Of a stretch of 64,000 bases of DNA, positions 35,559 to 46,754 are shown one piece after another; the first letter of the stretch is position 1; every line of letters begins with the position of its first letter. A model generated the notes under the pieces. The model did not search any database, was not told the origin of the DNA, and was given only the letters and a program-made list of their open reading frames with translations. The translations under genes were made by a program, and so were the position numbers. Where the stretch lies: the NCBI RefSeq assembly GCF_053078305.1, contig NZ_CP166879.1; one strand, 5' to 3'.

Positions 35559-37292
35559 ATGACAGTCAGAATATCGGGTGTGCTGAAGGATGGTACGGGA
35601 AAAGCGGTACCGGGATGCACGATAGAGCTGAAAGCGCGCCGCACAACGGAGACGGTGATTGTCACCACGGTGGCGTATGGTCAGCCGGGGGAAACCGGCA
35701 GTTACAGTATGGATGTTGAGCCGGGGTTGTACCGGGTGACGCTGAACACGGAAGGGTACGCGCCGTCATATGTGGGTGACATTCTGGTGAAGGCGGATTC
35801 TGCACCGGGAACGCTGAATAAATTTCTGATGGACCTGGAAGACGCACAGTATTACCCGAAAGCCCTTGCAGAGCTGGAAGCGGTGGCAGCGGAAATCCTG
35901 AAGCGTGCAGAAGCGTCAGCGGCCAGTGCAGAGGAAGCGAAGAAACGGGCAGAGAATGCGCGGGGACCGAAGGGGGATAAGGGAGACACCGGGCCACAGG
36001 GGATTCCCGGGCCAAAAGGCGATACCGGCGAGCGGGGGCCAAAGGGTGAGCGTGGTGAGACAGGGCCACAGGGGCTTCAGGGTGTGAAAGGTGAACGGGG
36101 AGAGAAGGGCGAAAAAGGCGAGCCGGGAGGGCCGGATGCGACGACGGCACAGAAGGGAATTGTGCAGTTAAGCAGCGCAACGGACAGTGATGATGAAACG
36201 AAGGCAGCCACGCCGAAAGCGGTGAAAGCGGCAATGGACAAAGCGGACGGATGCCTGGAGAAAGCGAAAAACGGTGACGATATCCCGGATAAGGTGAAGT
36301 TTCTGAACACCGTGGGAGCAGCCAGAGTATACGGGCGGGACATTCATACGGGGGCCGGTGAATGGACCACGAGTGAGTTTGTCGCCTGGCTGAAAGAAAA
36401 AGGGGCATTTGACCAGCCTTACTGGATGATGAAGGCATCACTGCTTGCGTCAATGAATAAAGTCATCACAGATGTCGGACCGGGAAAACTCAATCTGGGT
36501 GGCTGTGTCATTGAGGTGATGGGAACGTATGAGGCTGCCATAGTCCGGGTCACCATTGGCGAATACGGTGCAACGGGGTTTATTAATGGCACGGTCTGTA
36601 CCTGTACGGTTTACGGCGACACACAGTATTTCCACTGGCGGGTGGATTACAGCACAAAAAACAAACCGGATACGGTCAGCCAGCGGGATGCCAGTACGAC
36701 GCAGAAAGGTGTGGTGCAGTTAAGCAGTGATACTGGCAGTAATGACGAAACAAAGGCAGCCACGCCGAAGGCCGTGAAGGCGGCAATGGATGTGGCAAAT
36801 GAAGCGAAAACAAAGGCAGAAGAGGCTGCAGCAGGAGGTGGTGTTCCCGGTCCGAAAGGAGAGAAAGGTGACCCCGGAGCACAGGGTCCGAAAGGTGAAA
36901 CGGGAGCAACAGGCCCCGCTGGTCCGCGGGGAGCGCAGGGACCGAAAGGGGAGAAAGGCGACCCCGGTCCCAGAGGTGAGCGTGGAGAAACCGGGCCGAT
37001 GGGGCCGCCGGGGGCATCAGGAGATGACGGGAAGAGTCGTGTCATGGGCTTCAGGCTGGGGAATCCGGTAACGTATGAGTTGCAGGAGGGGGACCATGGC
37101 TGGTCAGTTAATCTGGCTGATGGTTCAGTCATTACAGGGCTTTCGGGGAACACTCAGGGCGGCGTCAGCCGTGTTACAACGATTTACTACAGGCCGCTGC
37201 AGATGACGTTTGATGGCTCTCACTGGCGCACCGTTGGTGTTGGTGAGTATGTGTCGTCAGGAGCGCCGGGGCGTGAGTATTTTTCATTATAA
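35559..37292 (+). CDS. stf: side tail fibre (Stf-like) with two collagen-like G-X-Y tracts and duplicated fibre repeats
   Basis: N-terminus [28 protein letters not shown]... matches lambda Stf [31 protein letters not shown] runs at about 35941-36130 and 36840-37020. The repeat QKG(I/V)[21 protein letters not shown] occurs twice. Confidence 0.85.
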   Translation: MTVRISGVLKDGTGKAVPGCTIELKARRTTETVIVTTVAYGQPGETGSYSMDVEPGLYRVTLNTEGYAPSYVGDILVKADSAPGTLNKFLMDLEDAQYYPKALAELEAVAAEILKRAEASAASAEEAKKRAENARGPKGDKGDTGPQGIPGPKGDTGERGPKGERGETGPQGLQGVKGERGEKGEKGEPGGPDATTAQKGIVQLSSATDSDDETKAATPKAVKAAMDKADGCLEKAKNGDDIPDKVKFLNTVGAARVYGRDIHTGAGEWTTSEFVAWLKEKGAFDQPYWMMKASLLASMNKVITDVGPGKLNLGGCVIEVMGTYEAAIVRVTIGEYGATGFINGTVCTCTVYGDTQYFHWRVDYSTKNKPDTVSQRDASTTQKGVVQLSSDTGSNDETKAATPKAVKAAMDVANEAKTKAEEAAAGGGVPGPKGEKGDPGAQGPKGETGATGPAGPRGAQGPKGEKGDPGPRGERGETGPMGPPGASGDDGKSRVMGFRLGNPVTYELQEGDHGWSVNLADGSVITGLSGNTQGGVSRVTTIYYRPLQMTFDGSHWRTVGVGEYVSSGAPGREYFSL

Positions 37293-37333
37293 AGCGCATC
37301 ACTTGTCAGACATGTAACCGGGAGGACTTACAG

Positions 37334-38005
37334 ATGCACATAAAGAATTTCAGACAATACACGCCGGAAAATCCGGATGTGCCGGGTGCGATGTACCTGA
37401 AATCAGAGGATGGTCAGGACTGGTATGAGTGTCAGTCGTTATTTTCAGCAGAGACGCTGAAGGTGGTTTATAACAGTGCCGGGGTCATTACCGGCATCAG
37501 CAGGGTGGCATCAGTTCTGTGGCCTGTGAATCAGAGTGTGGTGGAGGTGGCGGATACGGAAGAAAACCGCAAAGCTGACATCTCCGGGCGCTGGGGTTTT
37601 GACGGGGAGAAAATCACGGACCTGCTGACCGCGGAGAAAGCGCGAGGGATGAAGGGCGATGAAATTAACGCCTGGCGTAATGCGATGGAAGCGGCGAACT
37701 ACACGTTTGAGCACAATGGGCGTAAATGGGACTACGGGAAGTCAACGCAGACGCGTCTTGAGCCGTCGGTGGCGGCAGCGAAAGCGGGGAAACTGCCGGA
37801 GGCGTTTTTCTGGACGGATGCGGAAAACAATGATGTGCCGGTGACAGCAGACGAGCTTATTGCGCTGAGTGAAGCGGCAGAGCAGGCGATGTTTACCAAA
37901 GGGATGGAAATCCACGTCCGGCAGCGCACCATGAAGAAAGAGCTGGAAAAGCTGACCAGTGAGGATGAGATACTGGCATACAGGGTTGGCTGGGCACAGG
38001 AATAA
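37334..38005 (+). CDS. tfa: tail fibre assembly protein (Tfa family)
   Basis: 223 aa directly after stf. Tfa/U-family N-terminal motif (YLKSEDGQDWYECQSLF). Hairpin terminator at 38016-38039. Confidence 0.85.
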   Translation: MHIKNFRQYTPENPDVPGAMYLKSEDGQDWYECQSLFSAETLKVVYNSAGVITGISRVASVLWPVNQSVVEVADTEENRKADISGRWGFDGEKITDLLTAEKARGMKGDEINAWRNAMEAANYTFEHNGRKWDYGKSTQTRLEPSVAAAKAGKLPEAFFWTDAENNDVPVTADELIALSEAAEQAMFTKGMEIHVRQRTMKKELEKLTSEDEILAYRVGWAQE

Positions 38006-38317
38006 CAGACAAAAAGATGGGGGACCATCACCTCCCCCATGAACTGCGTTGACTATGTAATTATTGTGAAGAGACCTTACCTACACAGATAAAGAGTGCC
38101 ACGGAAAAGTTAATTCCGGAAGTGATGGAGCTCTCATTTTTGCGTGCTTTTTGTTCATGGGATTTACATGGGGCATCTTGGGGCATATATGGGACAAAAG
38201 AAGTCCTCAGATAAACAGAGAAATCGAGTTCAGGATTCTTATTGAAAAATGTAATTATCTGAAAAAACTTAGAAAACGCAAATAAGGCCACAGAATGTTA
38301 GAAAACATCTATGAATT

Positions 38318-39601
38318 ATGGATTTCCAGTTATATTCGCTCGGCGCAGCGTTAGTGTTTCATGAAATATTTTTTCCTGAATCATCAACGGCAATGGCGTT
38401 AATTTTGGCAATGGGAACCTACGGTGCAGGTTATGTGGCGCGTATTGTCGGAGCATTTATTTTCGGCAAAATGGGCGACAGAATAGGGCGTAAAAAAGTG
38501 CTCTTTATTACCATCACCATGATGGGGATCTGTACCACCTTAATTGGTGTGTTACCGACCTATGCACAGATTGGTGTTTTTGCCCCCATCTTGCTGGTGA
38601 CGCTGCGTATTATTCAGGGGTTGGGTGCAGGTGCGGAAATTTCCGGTGCCGGTACGATGCTGGCGGAATATGCGCCAAAAGGTAAGCGCGGAATTATCTC
38701 CTCATTTGTAGCTATGGGAACTAACTGCGGAACCTTGAGCGCAACGGCAATCTGGGCCTTTATGTTCTTCATTCTCAGTAAAGAGGAACTGCTGGCGTGG
38801 GGATGGCGTATACCGTTCCTGGCGAGCGTTGTCGTGATGGTCTTTGCTATCTGGTTGCGTATGAATCTGAAAGAAAGCCCGGTCTTTGAGAAGGTTAACG
38901 ACAGCAACCAACCGACAGCAAAACCTGCACCTGCTGGTAGCATGTTCCAGAGCAAATCCTTCTGGCTGGCAACAGGGCTGCGTTTTGGTCAGGCAGGTAA
39001 CTCCGGGTTAATTCAGACTTTCCTTGCAGGCTATTTAGTACAGACGTTATTGTTTAACAAAGCAATTCCAACAGATGCATTGATGATCAGTTCGATTCTC
39101 GGCTTTATGACCATTCCGTTCCTTGGTTGGTTATCCGATAAAATTGGTCGCCGGATCCCGTATATTATTATGAATACCTCTGCGATTGTGCTGGCATGGC
39201 CAATGCTTTCTATCATCGTAGATAAAAGCTATGCCCCGAGCACCATTATGGTTGCACTGATTGTGATTCATAACTGTGCGGTGCTGGGATTATTTGCTCT
39301 GGAAAACATTACCATGGCAGAAATGTTCGGCTGTAAAAACCGCTTTACCCGGATGGCTATTTCTAAAGAAATTGGTGGTCTTATCGCTTCCGGTTTTGGT
39401 CCTATCCTTGCGGGTATTTTCTGCACCATGACGGAATCCTGGTATCCGATCGCCATTATGATCATGGCATATTCAGTGATTGGTTTAATCTCTGCGCTGA
39501 AAATGCCAGAAGTGAAAGACCGTGATTTAAGTGCGCTGGAAGACGCTGCGGAGGATCAACCGCGTGTTGTAAGAGCTGCGCAACCTTCCAGAAGTCTGTA
39601 A
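38318..39601 (+). pseudogene. ydfJ: ydfJ', MFS (metabolite:H+ symporter type) transporter lacking its N-terminus because of prophage integration
   Basis: 427 aa, beginning MDFQLYSLGAALVF inside the conserved ...(W/F)xDFxxY... start of TM1 for this family. In-frame TGA two codons upstream. Same truncated form as K-12 ydfJ next to Qin. Confidence 0.8.
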
Positions 39602-39689
39602 ATCCTCAATCCCTTCTCTTACCGGAGAGGGGATTTTTATTCATATAACAAAACATGTAGCTTGCCATATTTAAATTTAAGGAATTGTT

Positions 39690-41150
39690 ATGGGAAATAA
39701 TTTGTTATCAGCAAAAGCGACACTCCCTGTTTATGATCGTTATAACCTGGCCCCAAGAATTGTTCATTTAGGCTTTGGTGCATTTCACCGTGCGCATCAG
39801 GGCGTGTATGCCGATATTCTTGCTACAGAACATTTCAGTGACTGGGGATATTATGAGGTCAACTTAATCGGCGGCGAACAGCAAATTGCCGATTTACAAC
39901 AGCAAGATAATCTTTATACCGTTGCGGAAATGTCGGCCGATGCGTGGACGGCTCGCGTCGTTGGCGTCGTTAAAAAAGCCTTGCACGTACAGATAGATGG
40001 CTTAGAAACCGTGTTGGCTGCGATGTGTGAACCGCAAATCGCGATTGTCTCTCTGACAATCACCGAAAAAGGGTATTTCCACTCTCCGGCGACCGGACAG
40101 TTAATGCTCGATCACCCGATGGTCGTTGCCGATGTACAAAATCCCCACCAGCCGAAAACTGCAACAGGGGTGATAGTCGAGGCGCTGGCTCGCCGTAAAG
40201 CGGCAGGACTTCCCGCATTTACCGTCATGTCATGTGACAACATGCCAGAAAACGGTCATGTTATGCGTGACGTTGTCACTTCCTACGCGCAAGCTGTTGA
40301 TGTAAAATTGGCACAATGGATCGAAGAAAACGTGACTTTCCCATCAACAATGGTGGACCGTATTGTGCCCGCAGTGACAGAGGATACGCTGGCGAAAATC
40401 GAACAACTTACCGGTGTGCGCGATCCTGCGGGCGTTGCCTGTGAACCTTTCCGCCAGTGGGTTATCGAAGATAACTTTGTTGCCGGACGTCCGGAATGGG
40501 AAAAAGCGGGAGCCGAACTGGTTAGTGATGTGCTGCCTTATGAAGAGATGAAGTTGCGCATGCTCAACGGCAGTCATTCATTCCTGGCGTATTTGGGTTA
40601 TCTTGCTGGATATCAGCACATTAATGACTGTATGGAAGATGAACATTATCGTTATGCGGCGTATGGCTTGATGTTGCAGGAACAAGCGCCGACGCTGAAA
40701 GTGCAGGGCGTTGATTTGCAAGATTACGCTAACCGATTAATTGAACGCTATAGCAACCCGGCGTTACGTCATCGAACCTGGCAGATTGCGATGGATGGCA
40801 GCCAGAAATTGCCACAGCGGATGTTGGATTCTGTTCGCTGGCATCTGGCGCATGACAGCAAGTTCGATCTGCTGGCGCTGGGCGTCGCGGGTTGGATGCG
40901 TTATGTCGGTGGTGTTGATGAACAGGGAAATCCGATAGAAATCAGTGACCCACTGTTACCTGTTATTCAGAAGGCTGTACAAAGTAGTGCCGAAGGGAAA
41001 GCGCGCGTCCAGTCATTGCTGGCGATTAAGGCAATCTTTGGTGATGATTTGCCAGACAATTGCTTGTTTACTGCAAAAGTGACGGAAGCGTACTTGTCTT
41101 TATTAGCGCATGGCGCGAAAGCGACCGTGGCGAAATATTCCGTGAAGTAA
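39690..41150 (+). CDS. ydfI: mannitol dehydrogenase-family oxidoreductase
   Basis: 486 aa, long-chain mannitol/mannonate dehydrogenase family. Synteny with ydfJ/ydfZ. Confidence 0.85.
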   Translation: MGNNLLSAKATLPVYDRYNLAPRIVHLGFGAFHRAHQGVYADILATEHFSDWGYYEVNLIGGEQQIADLQQQDNLYTVAEMSADAWTARVVGVVKKALHVQIDGLETVLAAMCEPQIAIVSLTITEKGYFHSPATGQLMLDHPMVVADVQNPHQPKTATGVIVEALARRKAAGLPAFTVMSCDNMPENGHVMRDVVTSYAQAVDVKLAQWIEENVTFPSTMVDRIVPAVTEDTLAKIEQLTGVRDPAGVACEPFRQWVIEDNFVAGRPEWEKAGAELVSDVLPYEEMKLRMLNGSHSFLAYLGYLAGYQHINDCMEDEHYRYAAYGLMLQEQAPTLKVQGVDLQDYANRLIERYSNPALRHRTWQIAMDGSQKLPQRMLDSVRWHLAHDSKFDLLALGVAGWMRYVGGVDEQGNPIEISDPLLPVIQKAVQSSAEGKARVQSLLAIKAIFGDDLPDNCLFTAKVTEAYLSLLAHGAKATVAKYSVK

Positions 41151-41185
41151 AAAAAGCAATGCCGCCATCGGCGGCATTCACACGC

Positions 41186-41389
41186 TTAGTTCATGCCGAG
41201 ACGAATCAGGTCCAGTGGTGCCAGTTTCTCTTCACAACCTTCAACAACTACGGTTTTTCCGCGGCGGATTTGCTCAGCGGTCAGACCTTCAGTATCAATC
41301 GACAGGATCTTGCCAGTGTGACCGGTGCCGCTAACCATAACACGGCTGCCAGTGGTGATTGCGTTACGGTTACGATCGTAGGTCGTCAT
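41186..41389 (-). CDS. ydfZ: small selenium-binding-type protein YdfZ
   Basis: 67 aa, [35 protein letters not shown]...; matches K-12 YdfZ as recalled. Confidence 0.9.
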
Positions 41390-41565
41390 AGGTGTTTTCT
41401 CCTTTCTGATTTACAGTCGAAGCCCACGTAACGGGCGCAATATAAATACTCCTGTCGAGTGAAATATTTTTTGTTTTTGATCAAGCTCACATCTTTTTTG
41501 ATGCATGCATGAGCCATAAGGCGGGGGAAAAGACTCTCACCCCGGATGGGATGAGAGGAAATGAA

Positions 41566-42252
41566 TTACTCTTCGCTAAACCAGTCGCTATTTTCCTGGC
41601 GGATCTGGCGCACGGATTCGCTGATTTCCTGCAAATGTTGCGTCATTGCACGTTCTACCGCATCGCCATCACGTTTTTGCAGGGCAGAGAAAATATCAAG
41701 ATGCTGGCGTAACAGCATTTCTGGTGGTGAAACGTGGTCGAAACTCATATAGCGCACGCGATCAACGGTCGCTTTCAGGTTCTCAATGGTATCCCACGCC
41801 AGTTGACAGTCGGCAATCTGCGTCAGGAGTTGATGGAAGTTGTCATCAAGTTCAAAAAAATCATCCAGTTGCTTGCGCTCAATGGCAATGCGTTGCTGGT
41901 GAAGATTTTGTTCCAGTTGGTAGCACTGGCTTTCGGTAATCATGCTCGCCGCCCGACGCGCCACCGCGCACTCAATGGCCTGACGGATAAAACTGCCGTT
42001 GCGCACCTGGGCCATGGAAATTTTGTTGACGTAGCTGCCACGCTGTGGACGAATTTGAATCAGGCCGTTTTCCGCCAGTTTAATAAAGGCTTCACGAACC
42101 GGCTGGCGAGACACATTGAAACGAACAGAAACTTCTTTTTCCGACAACGGTGTGCCTGGGGCAATCAGGCAATGGACAATGTCGCGACGAAGGATACGAT
42201 AAATCTGCTGATTGACAGGCTGTGTGGGATTAAGTTGCGTTTCGACGGTCAT
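41566..42252 (-). CDS. ydfH: GntR-family transcriptional regulator
   Basis: 228 aa with an N-terminal GntR wHTH and an FCD domain. Synteny. Confidence 0.85.
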
Positions 42253-42340
42253 TCGTTCTTGCTTGTGAGTGAGTTAACTGCATGAGTCTACCACTTTTTT
42301 ATGACAAGCAATAACCCGGCAGTTACGCCGGGTATAAAAA

Positions 42341-43087
42341 TTACTGACGGTGGACATTCAGCCCGGCATAGCTTTGGGTAACCGGCATCATTTCCAGGGT
42401 ATTGATATTGACGTGAGCAGGCAGCGTTGACACCCACCAGACGGCTTCGCTGACATCTTCCGGCGTTAATGCAACGGTATTTTGATAGGTTTTTTCCGCT
42501 TTACCGTCATCGCCTTTAAAGCGGACATTGGAAAACTCGGTGCCACCCACCAGACCCGGTTCGATGTCGGTGACGCGCACCGCCGTACCATGCAGGTCCG
42601 TACGCAGATTCAGGCTAAACTGACGAACAAAGGCTTTCGTCGCACCGTAAACGTTACCACCGGCATACGGCCAGCTGCCTGCCGTTGAGCCAATGTTAAT
42701 AATATGACCATGATTACGTTCAACCATACCCGGTAAGACGGCGCGCGTCATATATACCAGGCCTTTGTTGTTGGTATCAATCATCGTTTCCCAGTCTTCA
42801 ATGCTGGCTTTATGCGCAGGCTCCATGCCCAACGCCAGGCCGGCATTATTTACCAGGATATCAATATTGCTCCACTCGGCAGGGAGCGATGCCAGCATCT
42901 CTTCAATAGCGGCGCGGTTGCGAACGTCCAGTTGGGCGATGTACAGATTATCTCCCAGTTCGTCTTTTAACTCCTGCAACCGTTCCTGGCGACGGCCAGT
43001 GGCGATAACTTTATGCCCTTGTTGAATAAAACGACGAGTAATGCATTCACCAAAACCTGCCGTTGCTCCAGTTACTAAAACGATCAT
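42341..43087 (-). CDS. ydfG: NADP-dependent 3-hydroxy acid dehydrogenase (SDR)
   Basis: 248 aa from MIVLVTGATAGFGECITRRF...; the track ORF has 5 extra N-terminal codons. Confidence 0.9.
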   Translation of the reverse strand: MIVLVTGATAGFGECITRRFIQQGHKVIATGRRQERLQELKDELGDNLYIAQLDVRNRAAIEEMLASLPAEWSNIDILVNNAGLALGMEPAHKASIEDWETMIDTNNKGLVYMTRAVLPGMVERNHGHIINIGSTAGSWPYAGGNVYGATKAFVRQFSLNLRTDLHGTAVRVTDIEPGLVGGTEFSNVRFKGDDGKAEKTYQNTVALTPEDVSEAVWWVSTLPAHVNINTLEMMPVTQSYAGLNVHRQ

Positions 43088-43223
43088 CTCACTGTTCCTC
43101 AACGCTTTTGTGTGTCAATAACATAGCACGTGATGCTTAAGAGCGGGTAATACTGGTTTGCAAGATTGCACTCCGTTATCAGTAAGCCTACGCTATGGAA
43201 CACCTCGCGTTCAGGAGAACAAA

Positions 43224-45269
43224 ATGACAACAATGAATCCTTTCCTTGTGCAAAGCACACTGCCGTATCTGGCTCCCCATTTTGATCAAATTGCCAATCA
43301 TCACTATCGCCCGGCATTCGATGAGGGAATGCTGCAAAAGCGGGCAGAAATTGCTGCCATTGCGCTTAACCCGCAAACACCTGATTTCAACAATACTATT
43401 CTGGCACTGGAACAAAGCGGAGAATTACTTACCCGCGTTACCAGCGTCTTTTTTGCGATGACTGCGGCGCATACCAATGATGAATTACAGCGTCTTGACG
43501 AGCAGTTTTCCGCTGAACTGGCGGAACTGGCTAATGATATCTATCTGAATGGTGAATTATTCGCGCGGGTAGATGCTGTCTGGCAGCGCCGTGAATCTCT
43601 TGGGCTTGATAGTGAATCCATCCGCCTGGTGGAGGTGATTCATCAACGTTTTGTCCTTGCCGGAGCCAAACTTGCGCAAGCTGATAAAGCAAAATTAAAA
43701 GTATTGAATACAGAAGCTGCGACCCTGACCAGCCAGTTTAACCAGCGATTACTGGCAGCAAATAAATCCGGCGGTCTGGTTGTGAACGATATCGCGCAGC
43801 TGGCAGGAATGAGTGAGCAAGAGATTGCGCTGGCGGCAGAGGCGGCTCGCGAGAAAGGTCTGGATAACAAATGGCTGATTCCGCTGCTGAATACCACCCA
43901 ACAACCGGCGCTTGCCGAAATGCGCGATCGTGCGACGCGTGACAAACTGTTTATTGCGGGCTGGACGCGAGCGGAAAAAAATGATGCCAATGATACCCGC
44001 GCTATCATTCAACGTCTGGTGGAGATCCGTGCACAACAGGCAACACTACTTGGTTTTCCTCATTATGCCGCATGGAAAATCGCCGATCAGATGGCAAAAA
44101 CACCTGAAGCAGCACTTAACTTTATGCGGGAAATTGTTCCAGCGGCGCGTCAACGTGCGAGCGATGAATTAGCCTCCATACAGGCGGTTATCGATAAGCA
44201 GCAAGGCGGGTTTAGCGCGCAGCCGTGGGACTGGGCATTTTATGCCGAACAGGTCCGGCGGGAGAAATTTGATCTTGATGAGGCGCAGCTCAAGCCATAT
44301 TTTGAATTAAACACGGTGTTGAATGAAGGTGTATTCTGGACCGCGAATCAGCTCTTCGGTATTAAGTTTGTCGAACGTTTTGATATTCCTGTCTACCATC
44401 CTGACGTTCGTGTGTGGGAAATTTTTGATCATAATGGCGTGGGACTGGCGTTATTTTACGGTGATTTCTTCGCCCGTGATTCAAAAAGCGGCGGTGCATG
44501 GATGGGCAATTTTGTTGAGCAATCAACGCTTAATGAAACGCATCCGGTAATTTATAACGTCTGCAATTATCAGAAACCCGCTGCCGGTGAGCCTGCGTTG
44601 TTACTCTGGGATGATGTCATAACCTTATTCCATGAATTTGGTCATACGCTGCACGGCCTTTTTGCCCGCCAGCGTTATGCCACGCTCTCCGGCACCAACA
44701 CGCCGCGTGATTTTGTCGAATTTCCGTCGCAAATCAACGAACACTGGGCAACGCATCCGCAGGTATTCGCTCGCTACGCCCGGCATTATCAGAGCGGGGC
44801 AGCAATGCCTGACGAACTGCAACAGAAAATGCGTAATGCCAGCCTGTTCAATAAAGGGTATGAGATGAGCGAACTGCTTAGCGCCGCACTTCTCGATATG
44901 CGCTGGCATTGCCTGGAAGAAAACGAAGCAATGCAGGATGTCGATGAATTTGAATTGCGGGCGCTGGTGGCGGAAAATATGGATCTTCCTGCTATACCGC
45001 CACGCTATCGCAGCAGTTATTTCGCCCATATTTTTGGTGGCGGATATGCCGCAGGTTATTACGCTTATCTGTGGACGCAAATGTTGGCCGATGATGGTTA
45101 TCAGTGGTTTGTTGAGCAGGGCGGATTAACGCGTGAAAATGGGCTGCGTTTTCGCGAGGCGATCCTTTCCAGAGGTAACAGCGAAGATCTGGAACGCCTG
45201 TATCGACAATGGCGCGGTAAGGCTCCTCAGATTATGCCGATGCTGCAACATCGTGGCTTGAACATATAA
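43224..45269 (+). CDS. dcp: dipeptidyl carboxypeptidase II (M3 family)
   Basis: 681 aa from MTTMNPFLVQSTLPYLAPHFDQI; HEFGH zinc motif. The track ORF has a 22-codon upstream extension. Confidence 0.95.
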   Translation: MTTMNPFLVQSTLPYLAPHFDQIANHHYRPAFDEGMLQKRAEIAAIALNPQTPDFNNTILALEQSGELLTRVTSVFFAMTAAHTNDELQRLDEQFSAELAELANDIYLNGELFARVDAVWQRRESLGLDSESIRLVEVIHQRFVLAGAKLAQADKAKLKVLNTEAATLTSQFNQRLLAANKSGGLVVNDIAQLAGMSEQEIALAAEAAREKGLDNKWLIPLLNTTQQPALAEMRDRATRDKLFIAGWTRAEKNDANDTRAIIQRLVEIRAQQATLLGFPHYAAWKIADQMAKTPEAALNFMREIVPAARQRASDELASIQAVIDKQQGGFSAQPWDWAFYAEQVRREKFDLDEAQLKPYFELNTVLNEGVFWTANQLFGIKFVERFDIPVYHPDVRVWEIFDHNGVGLALFYGDFFARDSKSGGAWMGNFVEQSTLNETHPVIYNVCNYQKPAAGEPALLLWDDVITLFHEFGHTLHGLFARQRYATLSGTNTPRDFVEFPSQINEHWATHPQVFARYARHYQSGAAMPDELQQKMRNASLFNKGYEMSELLSAALLDMRWHCLEENEAMQDVDEFELRALVAENMDLPAIPPRYRSSYFAHIFGGGYAAGYYAYLWTQMLADDGYQWFVEQGGLTRENGLRFREAILSRGNSEDLERLYRQWRGKAPQIMPMLQHRGLNI

Positions 45270-45280
45270 ACACCACCAAT

Positions 45281-45310
45281 GGCTGTCCTGGAGATATCGC
45301 CAGGACAGCC
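45281..45310. terminator. bidirectional hairpin between convergent dcp and ydeJ
   Basis: 11-bp stem GGCTGTCCTGG/CCAGGACAGCC with an 8-nt loop. Confidence 0.6.
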
Positions 45311-45313
45311 TGG

Positions 45314-45832
45314 TTATAGCAGTAACTGCAGCAGCTGGGCGAGGGCAAACCTCACCGCTAAAGCTAATACCGTTTCGCAGTCGCCAGCAAAATGCATAAC
45401 CGCAGTGTAGTTCTGGCCTTTAATATGCCACGCGAACCAGACGGTACCCGCAGGCGTACCATCTTCACCGCCCTCCGGTCCGCCGTAGCCGGTAATGGCA
45501 ATACTGACATCAGCATCCGCACGCTCTATGGCACCGGTTGCCATTTCTGCTGCCACTTTCTCACTCACCGCAGAATATCGTTCAAGAGATTGCTGGCTTA
45601 CGCTGAGGATTTTCATCTTTGCCTGATCGGTGAAAGTAACAAAGCCTGCACCGTAAAATTTGGGTGTATCTTCAGCTGCACACAGGGCGCTAGCCAACTT
45701 ACCGCCGGTGCATGATTCGGCGGTAGTTAAGCGTAATTGATCCGCGATAAGTCTTTGACTCAACGCGGATGTCAGGTTTTCAATAGTGTCGGTATCTGCA
45801 AGTTGTACAATTTTATCTTTATTAATGTTCAC
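45314..45832 (-). CDS. ydeJ: CinA/PncC-like (NMN amidohydrolase family) protein
   Basis: 172 aa with a CinA C-terminal domain pattern. Synteny. Confidence 0.85.
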   Translation of the reverse strand: MNINKDKIVQLADTDTIENLTSALSQRLIADQLRLTTAESCTGGKLASALCAAEDTPKFYGAGFVTFTDQAKMKILSVSQQSLERYSAVSEKVAAEMATGAIERADADVSIAITGYGGPEGGEDGTPAGTVWFAWHIKGQNYTAVMHFAGDCETVLALAVRFALAQLLQLLL

Positions 45833-46107
45833 TGTTTTTTGTCCACGCTATTATATGTAAAGGTGATTTGCTTTTTCTGTATGCTCGTCCAATATAATAA
45901 TTTTCAAACATATAAATCCGATTATTCTGAAAATATGTTTAAGACTCTTCAATCTTCTTAACTTTAGTGAGTTAAATTCTCTGAATATTTGACAGCTAGT
46001 TGGCTGATTTTAAATGCCTTATAACAATTGGCAGTATTCTTATTTGGCAATTATAAAAATAGCAACCAGACTTAATAAGTCAAACCAAACGCAATTAAGG
46101 AGTTAGT

Positions 46108-46500
46108 ATGAAATTTCAGGCCATTGTATTAGCAAGTTTTCTTGTCATGCCTTATGCGTTGGCAGATGACCAGGGCGGTTTAAAACAGGATGCAGCGCCA
46201 CCGCCGCCTCATGCAATAGAAGATGGCTATCGCGGAACCGATGATGCAAAAAAAATGACCGTTGATTTCGCAAAAACCATGCACGATGGCGCTTCGGTTT
46301 CACTACGCGGTAATTTGATTTCTCACAAAGGAGAAGACCGTTACGTTTTTCGAGATAAGAGCGGTGAAATTAATGTCGTTATTCCTGCGGCCGTTTTTGA
46401 TGGACGAGAAGTTCAGCCGGACCAGATGATCAACATTAGCGGCAGTCTGGATAAGAAAAGCGCGCCGGCCATTGTTCGGGTCACTCATTTGCAGAAATAA
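46108..46500 (+). CDS. ydeI: periplasmic OB-fold (YgiW/BOF family) stress protein
   Basis: 130 aa with a signal peptide ([19 protein letters not shown]). Synteny. Confidence 0.8.
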   Translation: MKFQAIVLASFLVMPYALADDQGGLKQDAAPPPPHAIEDGYRGTDDAKKMTVDFAKTMHDGASVSLRGNLISHKGEDRYVFRDKSGEINVVIPAAVFDGREVQPDQMINISGSLDKKSAPAIVRVTHLQK

Positions 46501-46754
46501 AAATAAATTAGCCTGATGGCCTGAACTACTGGGCCATTAGGGTATTGGGTTATGCTTTTTGTCATCCTTTTATTTACGATAATGCAGAGGTAATTTACAG
46601 AATTAAACACTTTTTTATCCGCTGATTTTGTTTTAAATCACAATGTTATCTCAGAGATGACTCATAACTTCGGATTTCTATGAAAATATTGACGTAATTT
46701 TGCTTTTCTCTCGTTAGAATAGCGCGCACAAGGAACTGTGAAAAAGGAGTGGCA

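Larger units (their letters stand above)
24260..38317 (+). mobile_element. lambda-like prophage, tail arm from interrupted Z to attR at ydfJ
   Basis: Z'-U-V-G-T-H-M-L-K-I-J-stf-tfa, collinear with and highly similar to lambda proteins as recalled. Abuts truncated ydfJ. Confidence 0.9.

Noticed and set aside
35941-37020. Periodic DNA repeats in the stf gene considered as an independent repeat element.
   Set aside because: They are the coding consequence of collagen-like G-X-Y tracts and a duplicated fibre-repeat domain within one continuous ORF.
38061-38291. A 76-aa minus-strand ORF in the tfa-ydfJ spacer, considered as a prophage-end gene (a ydfK-like position).
   Set aside because: There is no SD, the composition is odd, and I see no resemblance to anything I can name. 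The region is more likely attR/arm DNA.
41734-42285. Plus-strand ORFs antisense to ydfH (183 aa), to the GlxA-like pseudogene (48611..49084, 157 aa) and to sotB (54425..54898, 157 aa).
   Set aside because: They are shadows of well-identified minus-strand genes, with no independent start signals.
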